NCBI GenBank assembly: GCA_951406725.2
Contig: OX597843.1
Span: 15,686,001 to 15,750,000 of the forward strand
Direction: 5' to 3'
DNA from: Octopus vulgaris
Taxonomy: Eukaryota
DNA length: 64,000 nt
The notes beneath the pieces are model-generated. The model ran no database searches. It saw only the letters and a list, made by a program, of their open reading frames with translations, and was not told where the DNA came from. The position numbers were made by a program, and so were the translations under genes. Shown here one piece after another: positions 38,177 to 53,779 of this stretch. Each line of letters opens with the position of its first letter. The first letter of the stretch is position 1.

Positions 38177-39015
38177 CTGTATGTACTGACTCTTGAGCCA
38201 TTTACTGCGGAAGCTGGGGGCGTTGAGGGGTGTCTGGCGTGATCTAGTATGTGAGAGAAATATATCTGCTTACGCTGATGATATCACCGTCATAGTGTCG
38301 AGCCACAGACATATAGACCTGACAGTCGAAACACTACAGTATTATGAAGCGATAACAGGAGCAAAAATTAACCCGGAAAAGTCAGTGGGCTTGCAGCTCG
38401 GCACATGGAGAGGCAAGGCCATGCGGTCCAACAGCGTCGTGCTGCGCTGGACAGACAGCCTCAACAAGTTGCTCGGAGTCTGGTTTGGTGCAGACGTCCA
38501 AGTGGAGAAGAACTGGGCGTAGACAGAAGAAGGGCGCTTGGCACCTTGAGTGCCGTCAAGCACTCACAATCCTCCACCAGGCGGGTAATGCGTCGGTGAT
38601 ACTTCCACTCTAAAGTTCTAAAGAGTGCTACTGAAGGGAAAGTGCGACGACGTCCTCAGGCAAACTCTGGGTGTCGATGAAGATCAACTAACCGATCTAT
38701 TTCACAGCACTTTCAGGCCTGGGCCTATGGATAACTTCAAGAAATCCCTTGCCTGACAGTGCTACCGGGGGGCGCTGTCTGTTTGGGATAAAATCTATAG
38801 GCACGGAAATGCCGTCAGCCGGGCCCACGCGAGGTGCGCCAAGAAAGATGAAACTGTTCTGCACGCCCTAGTCCAGTGCCCGAGTATTGCTGACCGGTGG
38901 GTTTATGTCGAACACCTACTGCACACACATCTCCCCTGTCCGAGCATATCTGATCAACAAAAAGCAATAAAATCACACGGTCAGTATTTTGGGCATCCAG
39001 AAATGCTTCATACAG
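36080..39015 (+). mobile_element. Decayed L1/Tx1-clade LINE (ORF1 zinc knuckle, RT, C-terminal zinc finger)
   Basis: CYFCENDQHLKVDC knuckle (~37140), ISAYADDITVIV...GAKINPEKS (38193-38522) and RCAKKDETVLHALVQC (~38830-38880); large internal deletions. Confidence 0.8.
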
Positions 39016-39246
39016 CTTTGCACACATACTCACATACATACACACATACACACATACATACATACATACATACATACATACATACATACATACATACATA
39101 CATACATACATACATACATACACACCAACAAATACATACATACATACGTACATACATTTATTCAAATACACATACCCACATACATTCATACATACAAGAA
39201 TACATACTTATACAGATACATGCTCACATACATAGATACATGCATG

Positions 39247-39289
<43 letters not shown>

Positions 39290-41631
39290 GCATGGATACA
39301 GTCATAGATTCATACAGACATAGATGAATGCATACATACATGCAAGCATACCTCCATACATAGATATATACATACACAAATTCATACACATATATATAAA
39401 CAGAAAAACACATTCACACCTTCATTCATGTATACATACATATATACAGACACATGCATATATACATACGTACATACATACACACATACATGCACAGGAA
39501 AATGCATGCCTACAAATATATACACACGCACGTATAAAAATACATACATATATAGATATACATACACACATACATACATATATACATGTGTGTATGTATG
39601 TATTTGTTTATGTACATATGTATGTGTACGTATGTATAAATGTATGCCTGTATCTATGCATGTGTGTATGTATGTACAAACATTCATACATACCCACAAG
39701 CATACGCACATACTTATATGGTGGCTGCCCACTCGTTATCGAGTATGGCCATTGCGCAAAAGCTTAATCAATGCTGTGATCGTCCAATGCCTGTGCAAGA
39801 AGTTTTTTTAAAGTAAGGAAAGGCTGTGCACTGAGTCAATCCCACTCACTAAGCGACAGCAGCCATAATCCGAAAAGAAGAAAAAGTCAACATCATCGGT
39901 AACCACTGAGCCGCAGGTTTTATGTCTGACTTATCCCAGTTACCTGAGTTAACTTCTCCTAGAAGGATGCCCTTACAAAGGCACAACAAATACACACATA
40001 GACACATATATACACATACACATGCTTATATAAATACATGCATACACACATACATACATATACACATGCACACATTATACAGACATACATACATATATAC
40101 ATGAACACATACATACACACATTTAAACGTACACATATTCATACATACATACATACACACAGACATACACATACCCATATATAGGTTTTTACATATACAC
40201 ATATATATAACAGGCATACATACACTAATATACACATACACTCATACGCACAAACATGCATACAAAATAAGCACGTACATACATGCATACCTATTTAAAA
40301 ACATACACAAAAACATACACATATATATACATACATACACACATGCTTGCACACATACATAGATATTCACGTACACACATGTGTGCATGTATATGTGTGT
40401 TTGCATATATATGTATGTGTGTATGTGTGCATGAATGAATGTATGTGAATATGTATGTATATGTGTATCTGCGTATGATTGTATATAGGTATGTATATGT
40501 GTAAGTATGTATTTAACACAGATAGACACACACAAACATTATACACACCTACATACATACATACCTCTATGCACACAAACATGCATGCACACATACATAT
40601 ATATATGAACACACATAGACACATATATACACATATACATGCATATATAATTACATACATACACACATACATACATATATACATGCACATACACATATGC
40701 CCATACACATATGCCCGCAGACATATACGCATCCGTACATACTCACATACATATATAAGCAGTTACATCTATACCAACATACTTGCATATATACACACAT
40801 ATATAGTCACATACATACACACCTACTTACACACATGCACATATACATTCACACTTACACGCATACATTCATACACACATGCATACTGATATACACACAC
40901 ATACAAAATTACACATATACTTACATACACCCACATTCGCACATACACACACATACATTCATACAGACATACAAATGCACATACGTAAATACATACATAC
41001 ACACATACATACACACATACATACTTCCATACTTAATCACATACGTACAAACACACATACACACGCACATACACACAAACATACACGCATACATTCATAT
41101 TTAGAAAAATATATACATACATATCCACATTCATATATATGTGTGTGTGGATGTATGTATGCGTTTTTGTATCTTTGTAGATATTTCAGTATGTATGTAT
41201 GTATATATTTATGTATGTATATATACATGTGTATGTGTGTATATATGTATGTGTGCATGCATGTATGTATTTATGCGTACACATGTATGTAGACTGACAA
41301 ACTTGTGAACTTACACACATAACATACATGCAACACACATACACTCATGCACACATATATACATACACACATACTTACATACACATACAAATAAATACGC
41401 ACATATATACACATACACACGTACATAATTACACAGATATATACACACACATATATATAAGAACACTCAAAAATACACACATACACACACTTACATACAT
41501 ACACATACAAGTCATGCACACATACATACACACTTACGTACACATATTCATGCTGCACACATACATACATTCATACACATGCATATACATATATACACAC
41601 ATAAGTACATACACACATGCACAAATGTGTT

Positions 41632-42720
41632 TGAGAATCTATAAGCCTTCCTCTTATTTCACCACTCAAGAGCTAAAGTGTTCTTCGTCACTCAATCCTT
41701 GTTTAGTAATCTCTCATCTATATATAGCTGAAGGACAGTTTCCCTTTGTTTTCTTTCTACATCCTTCTTTCCCTTTTGACACTAAATCCACATTTTCCAA
41801 ACAATTGCAGTGGTGCCATCGAACTTAAGAACCCTAATTTACTAATGTGCAAATGTCATTTTTTCTTATGTATATTCAACTTGTTACTTGTGAATTAATT
41901 TGTATATCTAATTAAAGAAACTCTTATGAGCTTTAATAGGGTATACAGCTTTACAGCGTAACATCAATATGTTCATTTTAGATTTTTAAAAATTTTAATT
42001 ATCATAATTTCGAGTACTATTTAACTGAAGGACAACATGTAACTTGTCATATTTTGTTGTTTTTTTTTGCTTTTAAAATTCATCCTGAGATCCCTAAAAA
42101 CCAATAAAATCACAGAGTCAGTATTTTGGGAACCCAAAATTACTTAATACAGATTTGCATCTGCGAAACATAGAAATGTTCTGATCATTTATCACTGTTG
42201 CGGAAATTTTTTCCCACTTTCGGCTAATAATGTTTTTAAAAAATTCTCCTTCCTTTTGTCTTAATACTTTTCACAGCTCTACCCAACCATTCTCAAGGAT
42301 TTTCGATGGGTTTCAGCTCGGGCGACGGCGTTAGTCACTATATCAACCGAATTCTCTTAGGTATAATGTAATTTCTGAGTAGGTAAGACGTGCCTTTCGG
42401 GTGGTTGTCATGCTGGAAAGTCCAAATGCTTTCCGGTGTATGGAAGCATAGTATTATTCAATATTTCTAGATAGGACTTACTATCCAATCGGATTATAGA
42501 ACTGACGTCTTTTCCAGACATTCACCCTTAAATCATCACACTTCCGCCAGAGTGCCTAATTGAAGGTTGGATGCATTTTGGATGGAATTCTTCGCTTATA
42601 CGCATTCTTACATACTTCCTGCCATCACTGCCGAACAAGTTGAACTTTGATTCGTCCGACCACAGCACATTCGTCCGATCTGCTGGACTCCATTTCAAAT
42701 GATCTTTAACGGGCAAATCG
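41632..42720 (-). mobile_element. Tc1-like transposon remnant, copy 1 of a triplicated ~1.1 kb block
   Basis: VLWSDESKFNLFGSDGRKYVR...HSGGSVM and WTFQHDNHPK motifs. Confidence 0.8.
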
Positions 42721-42784
42721 ATTTTTCAAATACACACATACACACATACATGCATAGACACTCATACATACATACATACATGCA

Positions 42785-42816
<32 letters not shown>

Positions 42817-43737
42817 CATACATACATACATACATGCATACACACATACATACATATATAAAAACATATATACATACATACATACATACATACATACATA
42901 CATACATACTCACATACATACATACAGACATACACACATACAAACACACACACATACACACACACATTACATATATATACACATACATACATGTGTGTAT
43001 GTATGTACGTGTGAATGTACTTATGTATGCATATATGTGTATATATTATCTATGCGCGTACGTATATAGATATCTGTGTACATATATATATATATGTGTG
43101 TATATATACCTATGTGTGTATGTATTTTTTATGTACATGTATATGTACGTATGTACCAATGTATGTGTGTATGTACATAAATTCATACATGCAAACATTC
43201 TTATATCCATAAATACATTCATATATACATTCAATTATGCATACATGCATAAATACATAAATACACACATACAAACATACATACATACAAACATACATAC
43301 ATACATATATACATACATAAATACATACATACAAACATACATACATACATATATACATACATAAATACATACATACAAACATACATACATACATATATAC
43401 ATACATAAATACATACATACAAACATACATACATACATGCAAACATACATACATACATACATACATACATACATACATACATACAAACATACATACATAC
43501 ATACATACAAACATACATACATACATACATACAAACATACATATATACATACATACATACATACATACATACAAACATACATACATACATATATACATAC
43601 ATAAATACATACATACAAACATACATACATACATACATACATACAAACATACATACATACATACATACAAACATACATACATACATATATACATACATAA
43701 ATACATACAAACAAACATACATACATACATGCAAACA

Positions 43738-43771
<34 letters not shown>

Positions 43772-43791
43772 CATACATACATAGCATCATG

Positions 43792-43825
<34 letters not shown>

Positions 43826-43877
43826 CATACATACATAGCATCATGTACATACATACATACATACATACATACATACA

Positions 43878-43911
<34 letters not shown>

Positions 43912-43971
43912 CATACATACATAGCATCATGTACATACATGCATACATACATACATACATACATACATACA

Positions 43972-44007
<36 letters not shown>

Positions 44008-44081
44008 TACATACATACATACATATATACATACATACATAGCATCATGTACATACATGCATACATACGTACATACATACA

Positions 44082-44115
<34 letters not shown>

Positions 44116-44311
44116 CATACATACATAGCATCATGTACATACATGCATACATACGTACATACATACATACATACATACATACATACATACATACAAACAT
44201 AGATACATACATACATACATACATACATACAAACATACATACATACATACATACATATATACATACATACATACATACATACATACATGCATACACACGT
44301 ACATACATACA

Positions 44312-44345
<34 letters not shown>

Positions 44346-44531
44346 CATACATACATAGCATCATGTACATACATGCATACATACGTACATACATACATAC
44401 ATACATACATACATACATACATACATACATACATACATACATACATACATACATACATACATACATACATACATACATACATACATACAAACATACATAC
44501 ATACATACATACATATACATACATACATACA

Positions 44532-44565
<34 letters not shown>

Positions 44566-44812
44566 CATACATACATAGCATCATGTACATACATGCATAC
44601 ATACGTACATACATACATACATGAAATACACACAAATACATACATGCACACAAACGTATATACACACATACACACACACATAAATACATAAATATCTACA
44701 TACGCACATTCACCCATACGTGCATACACATATACATACATGCATACACACATACATGCATACATACGCACCTACACACATACTTGCTTGAATACAAACA
44801 TATATACCTGCA

Positions 44813-44874
<62 letters not shown>

Positions 44875-45151
44875 TACATACACACACGCATACATACATG
44901 CGTACACATACAAATACAGATATGCATAAATGCATACGTGCACACAAACATACACACATGCATACATGCATACACACATACATACACACATACATATTCA
45001 CATACGTATATACATACATTCACACATATACGTTTATACAGTCACATATTTATGTTCTTTTCAATTGTTTGAGTCATTGAATTGCGTTTTCCAAAACTTT
45101 ATCCCCTAATTCATTCCTAATATCCTCAAACACACTTTAGAACTGACTGTG

Positions 45152-46250
45152 TGAGAGTCTATACGCCTTCCTCTTATTTCACCACTCAAGAGCTAAAGTG
45201 TTCTTCGTTGCTCGATACTCGTTTAGTAATCTCTCATCTATATATAGCTGAAGGACAGTTTCCCTTTGTTTTCTTTCTACATCCTTCTTTCCCTTTTGAC
45301 ACTAAATCCACATTTTCCAAACAATTGCAGTGGTGCCATCGAACTTAAGAACCCTAATTTACTAATGTGCAAATGTCATTTTTTCTTATGTATATTCAAC
45401 TTGTTACTTGTGAATTAATTTGTATATCTAATTAAAGAAACTCTTATGAGCTTTAATAGGGTATACAGCTTTACAGCGTAACATCAATATGTTACTTTTA
45501 GATTTAAAAAAATCTTAATTATCATAATTTCGAGTACTATTTAACTGAAGGACAACATGTAGCATTTCATTTTTTGTTGGGGTTTTTTTTTTGCTTTTAA
45601 AATTCATCCTGAGATCCCTAAAAACCAATAAAATCACAGAGTCAGTATTTTGGGAACCCAAAATTACTTAATACAGCTTTGCATCTGCGAAACATAGAAA
45701 TGTTCAGATCATTTATCACTGTTGCGGAGATTTTTTCCACTTTCGGCTAAAAATGTTTTTCAAAAATTCTCCTTATTCTTTGGCTTAATACTTTTCACAG
45801 CTCTACCCAACCATTCTCAAGGATTTTCGATGGGTTTCAGCTCGGGCGACGGCGTTAGTCACTATATCAACCGACATGTCTTAGGTATATTGTAATTTCT
45901 GACTAGGTAAGACGTGCCTTTCGGGTGGTTGTCATGCTGGAAAGTCCAAATGCTTTCCGGTGTATGGAAGCATAGTATTATTCAATATTTCTAGATAGGA
46001 CTTACTATCCTTTCGGATTATAGAACTGACGTCTTTTCCAGACATTCACCCTTACATCATCACACTTCCGGCAGAGTGCCTAATTGAAGGTTGGATGCAT
46101 TTTGGATGGAATTCTTCGCCTATAAGCCTTCTTGCATATTTTCTGACGTCACTGCCGAACCAGTTGAACTTTGATTCGTCCGACCACAACACATTCGTCC
46201 AATCTGCTGGACTCCATTTCAAATGATCTTTAACGGGCAAATCGATTTTT
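45152..46250 (-). mobile_element. Tc1-like transposon remnant, copy 2
   Basis: Near-identical to 41632-42720. Confidence 0.8.
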
Positions 46251-47514
46251 TCAAATACACACATACACACATGCATGCATAGACACACATATATTCATAC
46301 ATACAGACATTCTCACATACATATATAAAAATATATATACATACATACACACATTCTCATATATATACATACAGACATACATACAAACATAGAAACATAC
46401 ACACATACATACACACATATAAAACATACACACATACATACACACATTACATACATACACACATACATACATGTGTGTATGTATGTACGTGTGAATGTAC
46501 TTATGCATGCATGTATGTGTATATATATCTATGCGTGTCCGTATATAGATATCTGTGTACATATATATATATATGTGTGTATGTACATAAATTCATACAT
46601 ACATACATTCATATACATTCACATATATTCAATTATGCATACATACATAAACACATATATACAAAAAAACATACATATTTACTTACATGCATACATACAT
46701 ACATACATACATACATACATACATACGTACATACATACATAGATAGCATCATGTACATACATACATACATACATACATACATACATACATACATACATGC
46801 ATGCATACATACATACATACATATATATACATACATACATACATAGTATCATGTACATACATGCATACATACTTGCATACGTACATACATACATACATAC
46901 ATACATACATACATACATACATACATACATACATACATACATACATACATACATACATACATACATACATAGTGATGGTCTACTCCTTATACAGAGTTTG
47001 ACCACCTTCTTACCGAAACCTTAGCACCATTATGGTCCCTGATGTCGGTTTTTAAAAGAAAGAATATTCTAAAAGGACACCTACATAGATTGCTCCGCCA
47101 GTTTGGGACACCAAGACCTGCAGATTATTTCTGCTGTTTGTAGGTCTTAAAATGTCGCTTGAGGCCTCCGTTGTATTTGCAAACTTCATAAGTTCGTCAG
47201 GGGATCATTTGATAAGCTGGATCCAATATTTGTTTTGTCTCTCCTTGCATCATTACCCCATTTTCTTAACCTTATATGGTTAATAAAGAAATTGACAGTT
47301 CAGGAGGGCATCCACCCTTTCAAGAGTCTTATTTTTCATCCAGCAGAGTGTCCAACAACACCCTCGTTACCAAGCAAGCCTGGTGGGGTTGCCCGTTTAG
47401 TCGCCGACGACCCGACCATGTAACAAGTTGTACTGGGTTACATGTTCCCAGCAGCACTCAACAGCGACATACAGACATACAGACAGACAGACAGACACAC
47501 ATGACGGCCGTCCA

Positions 47515-48000
47515 TGAACGTGTATCATACATCAAAATGAAGCTGGTCCGCAGTGGATCACATCCCTACTCCACAACAGAGTTGCCGTTTCGCTCAAAAG
47601 CAACGTTCCACCTTCGAATGACTCTATATATCACAGCACCGTAAAATTTTGTTGACTTTTCTTTGAGCCATTTCTTCCCTACCTCCACACCAACCAGATT
47701 TAGCACTTCAGACCATAATCTCTTCGGCACAACAAAAGAGGGTTTGAGCGGAAAACATTTTACCAGTGACGAGGAGGTAAGAAATGTGGTGAAGAATTGG
47801 CTCAAAGAACATTCAGCAGAATTTTCGAGGGCAGGAATACATGCTCTCATTCGAAGAAGGAACATTGATTTTGAGAGGAACGATGACTATTTTAAAGAGT
47901 AGGGATGTGATCCACTGGAGATAGATTCATTTTGATGTATGATACATGTTCCTGTTGGTAATTATACCTGTCCTAAACAAAATGGCATTACTTTTTGTCT
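47515..48000 (+). mobile_element. Mariner transposase 3' remnant with an inverted second 3' end (foldback)
   Basis: PDLALSD/HLFG..KEGLSGKHFTSDEEVRNVVKNWL motifs; 47515-47671 is a diverged reverse complement of 47795-47951. Confidence 0.75.
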
Positions 48001-48624
48001 ACCTCTCGCACATACATACATACATAAGTACGTACACACATACTCACATACATACACACATACATATCAACATACATAGATACGTACATACACACATACA
48101 CATATACATACATAGATGCATACATACACATATACGTACATGAATACATGTATATACACACACTTACATACATACACAAATACATACATGCACACAAACG
48201 TACATACACACATACATACACACATAAATACATGAATATATACATACGCACATTCATCCATACGTGCATACACATATACATACATACATACATGCATACA
48301 TACGCACCTACACACATACTTGCTTGAATTCACACATTATACCTGCATGCATATATATATATATATATGCATACATACACACACGCATATATACATGCGT
48401 ACACATACAAATACATATATGCATAAATGCATACGTGCACACATACATACATACACACACACATACATATTCACATACGTATATACATACATACACACAT
48501 ACATGTTTATACAGTCACATATTTATGTTCTTTTCAATTGTTTGAGTCATTGAATTGCGTTTTCCAAAACTTTATCCCCTAATTCATTCCTAATATCCTC
48601 AAACACACTTTAGAACTGACTGTG

Positions 48625-49375
48625 TGAGAGTCTATACGCCTTCCTCTTATTTCACCACTCAAGAGCTAAAGTGTTCTTCGTTGCTCGATACTCGTTTAGT
48701 AATCTCTCATCTATATATAGCTGAAGGACAGTTTCCCTTTGTTTTCTTTCTACATCCTTCTTTCCCTTTTGACACTAAATCCACATTTTCCAGACAATTG
48801 CAGTGGTGCCATCGAACTTAAGAACCCTAATTTACTAATGTGCAAATGTCATTTTTTCTTATGTATATTCAACTTGTTACTTGTGAATTAATTTGTATAT
48901 CTAATTAAAGAAACTCTTATGAGCTTTAATAGGGTATACAGCTTTACAGCGTAACATCAATATGTTAATTTTAGATTAAAAAGAAATCTTAATTATCATA
49001 ATTTAGAGTACCATTTAACTGAAGGACAACATGTAGCATTTCATTTTTGTTGGGTTTTTTTTTTTTTGCTTTTAATATTCATTCTGAGATCCCTAAAAAA
49101 CAATAAAATCACAGAGTCAGTATTTTGAGAACTCAAAATTACTTAATACAGATTTGCATCTGCGAAACATAGAAATGTTCAGATCATTTATCACTGTTGC
49201 GGAGATTTTTTCCCACTTTCGACTAAAAATGTTTTTCAAAAATTCTGTCTTAATACTTTTCACAGCTCTACCCCACCTTTACCATGAATTTTCGATGGTA
49301 TTTAGGTCGGGCGACAGCGCTGGTCACTGCATCAATCGAAATCTCGTAGGTCTGATGTAGTTTCTGACAAGGTTC
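48625..49375 (-). mobile_element. Tc1-like block, copy 3 (truncated)
   Basis: Matches 45152-45900; the flank 48170-48620 matches 44625-45150. Confidence 0.75.
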
Positions 49376-49799
49376 GTGGTGCCATTCAGCTCGTTCTCTC
49401 TTACCCATCATAACTATTAGGTAACTTTAAAATTGAAGGACTCTTTAAGAATCACTTTAAAGATCTTTTCTAATATGTGGTAATTTTTCATGCTACAAAC
49501 ATAAGTCAAATTTACCTTACCTTTAATAAAGTCAATAAAGCAAAAAAAAAAAACTTTGCAAATCATTCTTAAATTACACAAAATAATGTTTATTTTTAAT
49601 TTTATCTTTATATGTTGAATGTTACGCTGTAAGGTTGTTTACCATATTAAAGCTCGTGAAATTTTAGTTAATTTCATATACATCTTAATTCACAATTTAC
49701 AACTTGAATATATAAAAACAATTCCATTTTACCATTATTATACTAGCGTTCTTCAATTAGATGGTCCCACCCTATATACTTCATCTTCTGACGTTACTT

Positions 49800-50150
49800 A
49801 CTAATGTCCAGAGTAATGGTCAGCAAGTAATGGGTCTATAATCTCTGGCTTCCTTTCTGCTTTTCTTTGTTCTTCTCTATCAGTACACACCATCAATTTT
49901 GTTATCCATGTTGGCGTTCTATTTTCTTTGCAGTCAATAAAAACCGTTCGGATATGGCTGCGTATACTTGAGAGATTTTGGAACTGGAAGCCCTCTGTAC
50001 CATCTGGTCCTAAGGTTTTCCCGTTTGGTATTTTCTTGGTTATCATTTCTACTTTCTTATCCATAATTGTTATATTTTCTCGTGTCACCCCGTCTTCCAT
50101 TTCTGCAATAAATTCCTGCAATCAGTCAGCTTTTGTGTTACGTGGGATTT
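49800..50150 (-). mobile_element. R4/Dong-like RT N-terminal remnant
   Basis: KKIPNGKTLGPDGTEGFQFQNL resembles K.PNWK.PGPD...GFW.K.L. Confidence 0.5.
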
Positions 50151-51889
50151 CTTTGCTCTAGATTTTAGAAATGCTTTGTAAAGTGTCCTTCAGTTGTCAC
50201 CATCAATGAGCAACATTTCTAGAAAAGAAAAAAATACTTCTTAAATTTTTATGTGTAAAACAACGCAAAAGTCAGAGTAATTGACTGTTATTTTCAGCAT
50301 GATTCTAGGTCACCTGTAGGCAAATATTGTTTATAGATTATTCTTAGTGTCCTTCAATTTTTACTTGCCGTTTTAAGAATCTGGTGACACCATAAATAGG
50401 TCAATTTCTTTTCATAAATGCTTCTGAATATTCTTCAGTTTTTACACGAAAAACAAAGGGAATTTGGCTTCTGTTTCTAGCATGAAAAATTACTACATAT
50501 TAGAAAAGTCCTTCTAAGTGTTTCTTAAAGAATCCTTCAATTTTCTATGAATTTTCATGCAATTAAAAGCGATCTTGATGGAAAATCGTCAGAAGAGCAA
50601 AAACACTGTGATTTATTGAGTCTCTTCTCACCAGCGACACGATTTGCCATCCGATGTGTGGAGTCGTGTAGTGAAGCTTTGTATAGAGAACTGTCTTATC
50701 CGCCGACCCCAGCAAATTATTCTCTATAGCATCCCAGGGTTTCCTCTTAAGCGACGTTTCCTAGACGCGAACGCTGACCACCTCAAACCTTGCCAGTCGA
50801 CGTCATCAGACCTCATCAACGTCAAATGGCTTCGTTTTCTTCGGTCGAATTCAACACGATGAAATGGATGTGAGTCGAACTGTGCAAGACAAGCCGTTTT
50901 CTATGACATCGGATAAAGACGGTAGCAAACGATTCGAAGGCAGATATAAGACAGAGACATAGAAAGAATTTCAGTTCTCGACAATTTAAAAGCTTTCTGT
51001 CGGTAGAAAGTTAAAAATCAAGCTCTGTGTTATGGAGTCAAAAGCGTTTAAATAAATATCACCCCAATACAGCCAGGTCCCGTCTGACTTTCTTTGATCC
51101 CTTGTTAAACTAAACCAAATACACAGGGAAACCATTGACACCCAGCTCAGTATGACTCCCTTCCGTAAAACCCTGTCTATACAATCGTTCTTTAGCAGAA
51201 AGTTAGAGGGTCACTCAGACACAATGTCTAAGAGAATCTTGCTTTCTACACTGAGCAAGGGGATGACTCGACATAGGTTGATAATCTCGGCCCTTGTCTA
51301 CTTCGGTATATTCATCCCTTCGATGTATGTCTGTGACTGGGTAACCTATCGTCTCCTCCAGGTCATATGTAGGACCCTCCACACCCGATAGAGTAGCTTC
51401 CAGAAATCCTTATAGACATTGTAAACCATTCTACTATGCTGTGATAAATCTCACCATCCTCATCACTTTTCCCATTTCACTTATGCCCGGCTCCTTCAGA
51501 TTCCATTCCTTGCACTAAGAATAAGTACAAGGTAAAATTACTACCTGCTTTTATAGCAAATTGATGCAGGTAGTTTATCCTGTCCCCCTCCGACTTTTCA
51601 TGCAATTGAAGAAAAACGAATGATTTATGGGATGACCCAATATTGTGAACTGATTTGATGAAATCGTGGATGAAATCAATAAGGATTAAGATAAATGGTG
51701 AAAAATATGGACGAATTTATGTGACTACGATAAAATTATGTATGTATCTAGCTTAGCTTGCTATACATATATTTATTTGTATACGAAATGTTACGGTTCG
51801 ATATATAAACATACACACGCGCGCGCACACACGTACACACTGTCACACCGACATATATCCGTGCTGGCGTTATAACGCCGTTCTCTAAG

Positions 51890-52350
51890 GGAGGTAATTC
51901 CCAACATATCTTTTGAGAGTGATCTCCCTTGATAGCAAAATTCCCGTCTGCAACGTTCACAGAATAATTTCTCTTTTGTTGTGGCCATGTCTTGGGGCGT
52001 TTCTCTGTATCATCTCAAGAATCGATTTCATTGCGTTTGAGATGCATATAGCCAATATTGATTTGTTGTGTTGAGTGAATTTCTTTCAAGCCAAGGGGAA
52101 CCGAAATATCGAGCTTCTTCACGAGTCCAAGACATTTCAAGCGATTTTCAGTTGTGTGATAGAATGGCTTCGATTCGGTCATCATCGACTCCAGTAAGTC
52201 GACCAGAGCATTGGTCATCTTTGAGTGAGAAATCTGCTGAACGGAATTTTTGAAACCATTTCTGAAATGTGCGTTTTGTTAAGCAATCCACTCCATGAAC
52301 TTCACATGTTTCTTTGTAGGCCTCGGCAGCTCTGTTGCCTTTATGGAAAT
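51890..52350 (-). mobile_element. Mariner (Mos1/SETMAR-like) transposase remnant
   Basis: TTENRLKCLGLVKKLDISVPLGLKE (WVPHEL-like) followed by an eroded catalytic region. Confidence 0.65.
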
Positions 52351-53087
52351 GAAAAAGCTGTAGGGAATACGACCGTACGTAAGGAGCTGGTGACTGAAAT
52401 TGTCTCCTTTTTAACGCCGCACGGTCGCCCTAACAAAGAAGAAGCCAAAGGTATGGTATAAATGAATAAGTGCCATAAGGAATTAATGACGACAACCGTT
52501 CTACTGTTTGAGAGAAGACTTGGTTTACAGTAGTGTACAATAAGATAAAGTGTGGTGTCTGAGTGCGTGCGACAGTACAAACAAAGGTGTATGCATATGA
52601 AACAGAATACAATACAGAGCATAGAATGAGTCTCTCAGGGTATTTCAGACGAGATGGCGTTGATTTACCAGTTCGTAGTAAGGTACAGAGTAGCAGTTCG
52701 TTCTGTAAGAGGATGTTGGAGGTCACAAGGCAGAATGCCGGTTGGACACATGTCTTGTAGCGGTTGGGGCTTCGATGCTGTACCAGGTCCCTTGATACAG
52801 GAATTCTTGCAGGTAATGCTGTGCTGTTTACCTCGGTGAATATCACAACAGCGAGAAAGCTAAACCTGAGCGAGTGCTGTGTACCTATCGTTGAAGTCGA
52901 CGGAGATGGTGACGTCGATATGAGGGCGACGGTGGAGAACGGACCTGAGTTACTGGTGTATGTGAGCGTCGTCATGGCTGGAGATGGAACATGGCTGACT
53001 GGCTAGTCTGGTCGTCTATCGCTGGAACTGGAATTGGCTGAGTCACTCTGTGGTCAGGGGTTAGTCGTGAAAAGGACTGGAACCTAA

Positions 53088-53430
53088 GAGTGTAGTCCTT
53101 ACCTAGATGGACACTGGACCAGACTTGCCGAACCTGGTACTATTGTGATGGACACTGGATGCGAGTGGAGTGTAGTCCTCACCAAGATGGACACTGGATG
53201 TGAGTGGAGTGTAGTCCTCACCTAGACGGACACTGGACCAGACATGCTGAACCTGGTACTATTGTGATGGACACCTAGATGGACACTGGATGTGAGTGGA
53301 ATGTAGTCCTCACCTAGATGGACCCTGGGCCAGGCTTGCCAAACCTGGTTCTATTGTGAGTGGAGTGTAGTCCTCACCTAGATGGACACTTGATATGAGT
53401 GGAGTGTAGTCCTCACCTAGATGGACACTT
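53088..53430. repeat. Composite minisatellite (39-nt unit gagtggagtgtagtcctcacctagatggacactggatgt interleaved with a 29-nt unit)
   Basis: About 6 copies of the main unit and 3 of accagac..gc.gaacctggtactattgt. Confidence 0.85.
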
Positions 53431-53779
53431 CTGGTGTGCGGTAATACTCTTGGTACTACGCTGCAATAACTTGGCACTTTTTTCAAATTTTTTTGCTTTA
53501 TGTAAAAAAATAAGTTTTCAGTGTATGTAAGTGAACAAAGTAACAATAAATACATGAAAATACTTTTGGACTATTTTATATCAGAATATATTTTGTGATA
53601 TTTTATAACGATGCAGTTAATTGGTAGCTAATTGATATAGAACGTGTTGAATGTGTGTATTGTAGGGACCGTCCAATATCGCCGGTTTGCTGCCTCTAAT
53701 GCCAGTCAAGTGCTTCTTGCTATCTCATTAAAATGTTTATCAATTACGAGGGATTTATTCCTCTCATGATGAACAAGAA

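Larger units (their letters stand above)
39020..48520. repeat. Extensive (TACA)n / CA-TA low-complexity fields; purest at 43240-44620, with a recurring atagcatcatgt interruption
   Basis: Read directly from the sequence; source of the MYVC/HTYI ORF artefacts. Confidence 0.95.

Noticed and set aside
38815-48553. Numerous MYVC/HTYI-repeat ORFs (up to 412 aa)
   Set aside because: Translations of stop-poor (TACA)n repeats.
53088-53430. CRISPR-like repeat/spacer appearance
   Set aside because: The spacers are themselves repeated or only 4 nt long, there are no cas genes and the context is eukaryotic; it is a minisatellite.
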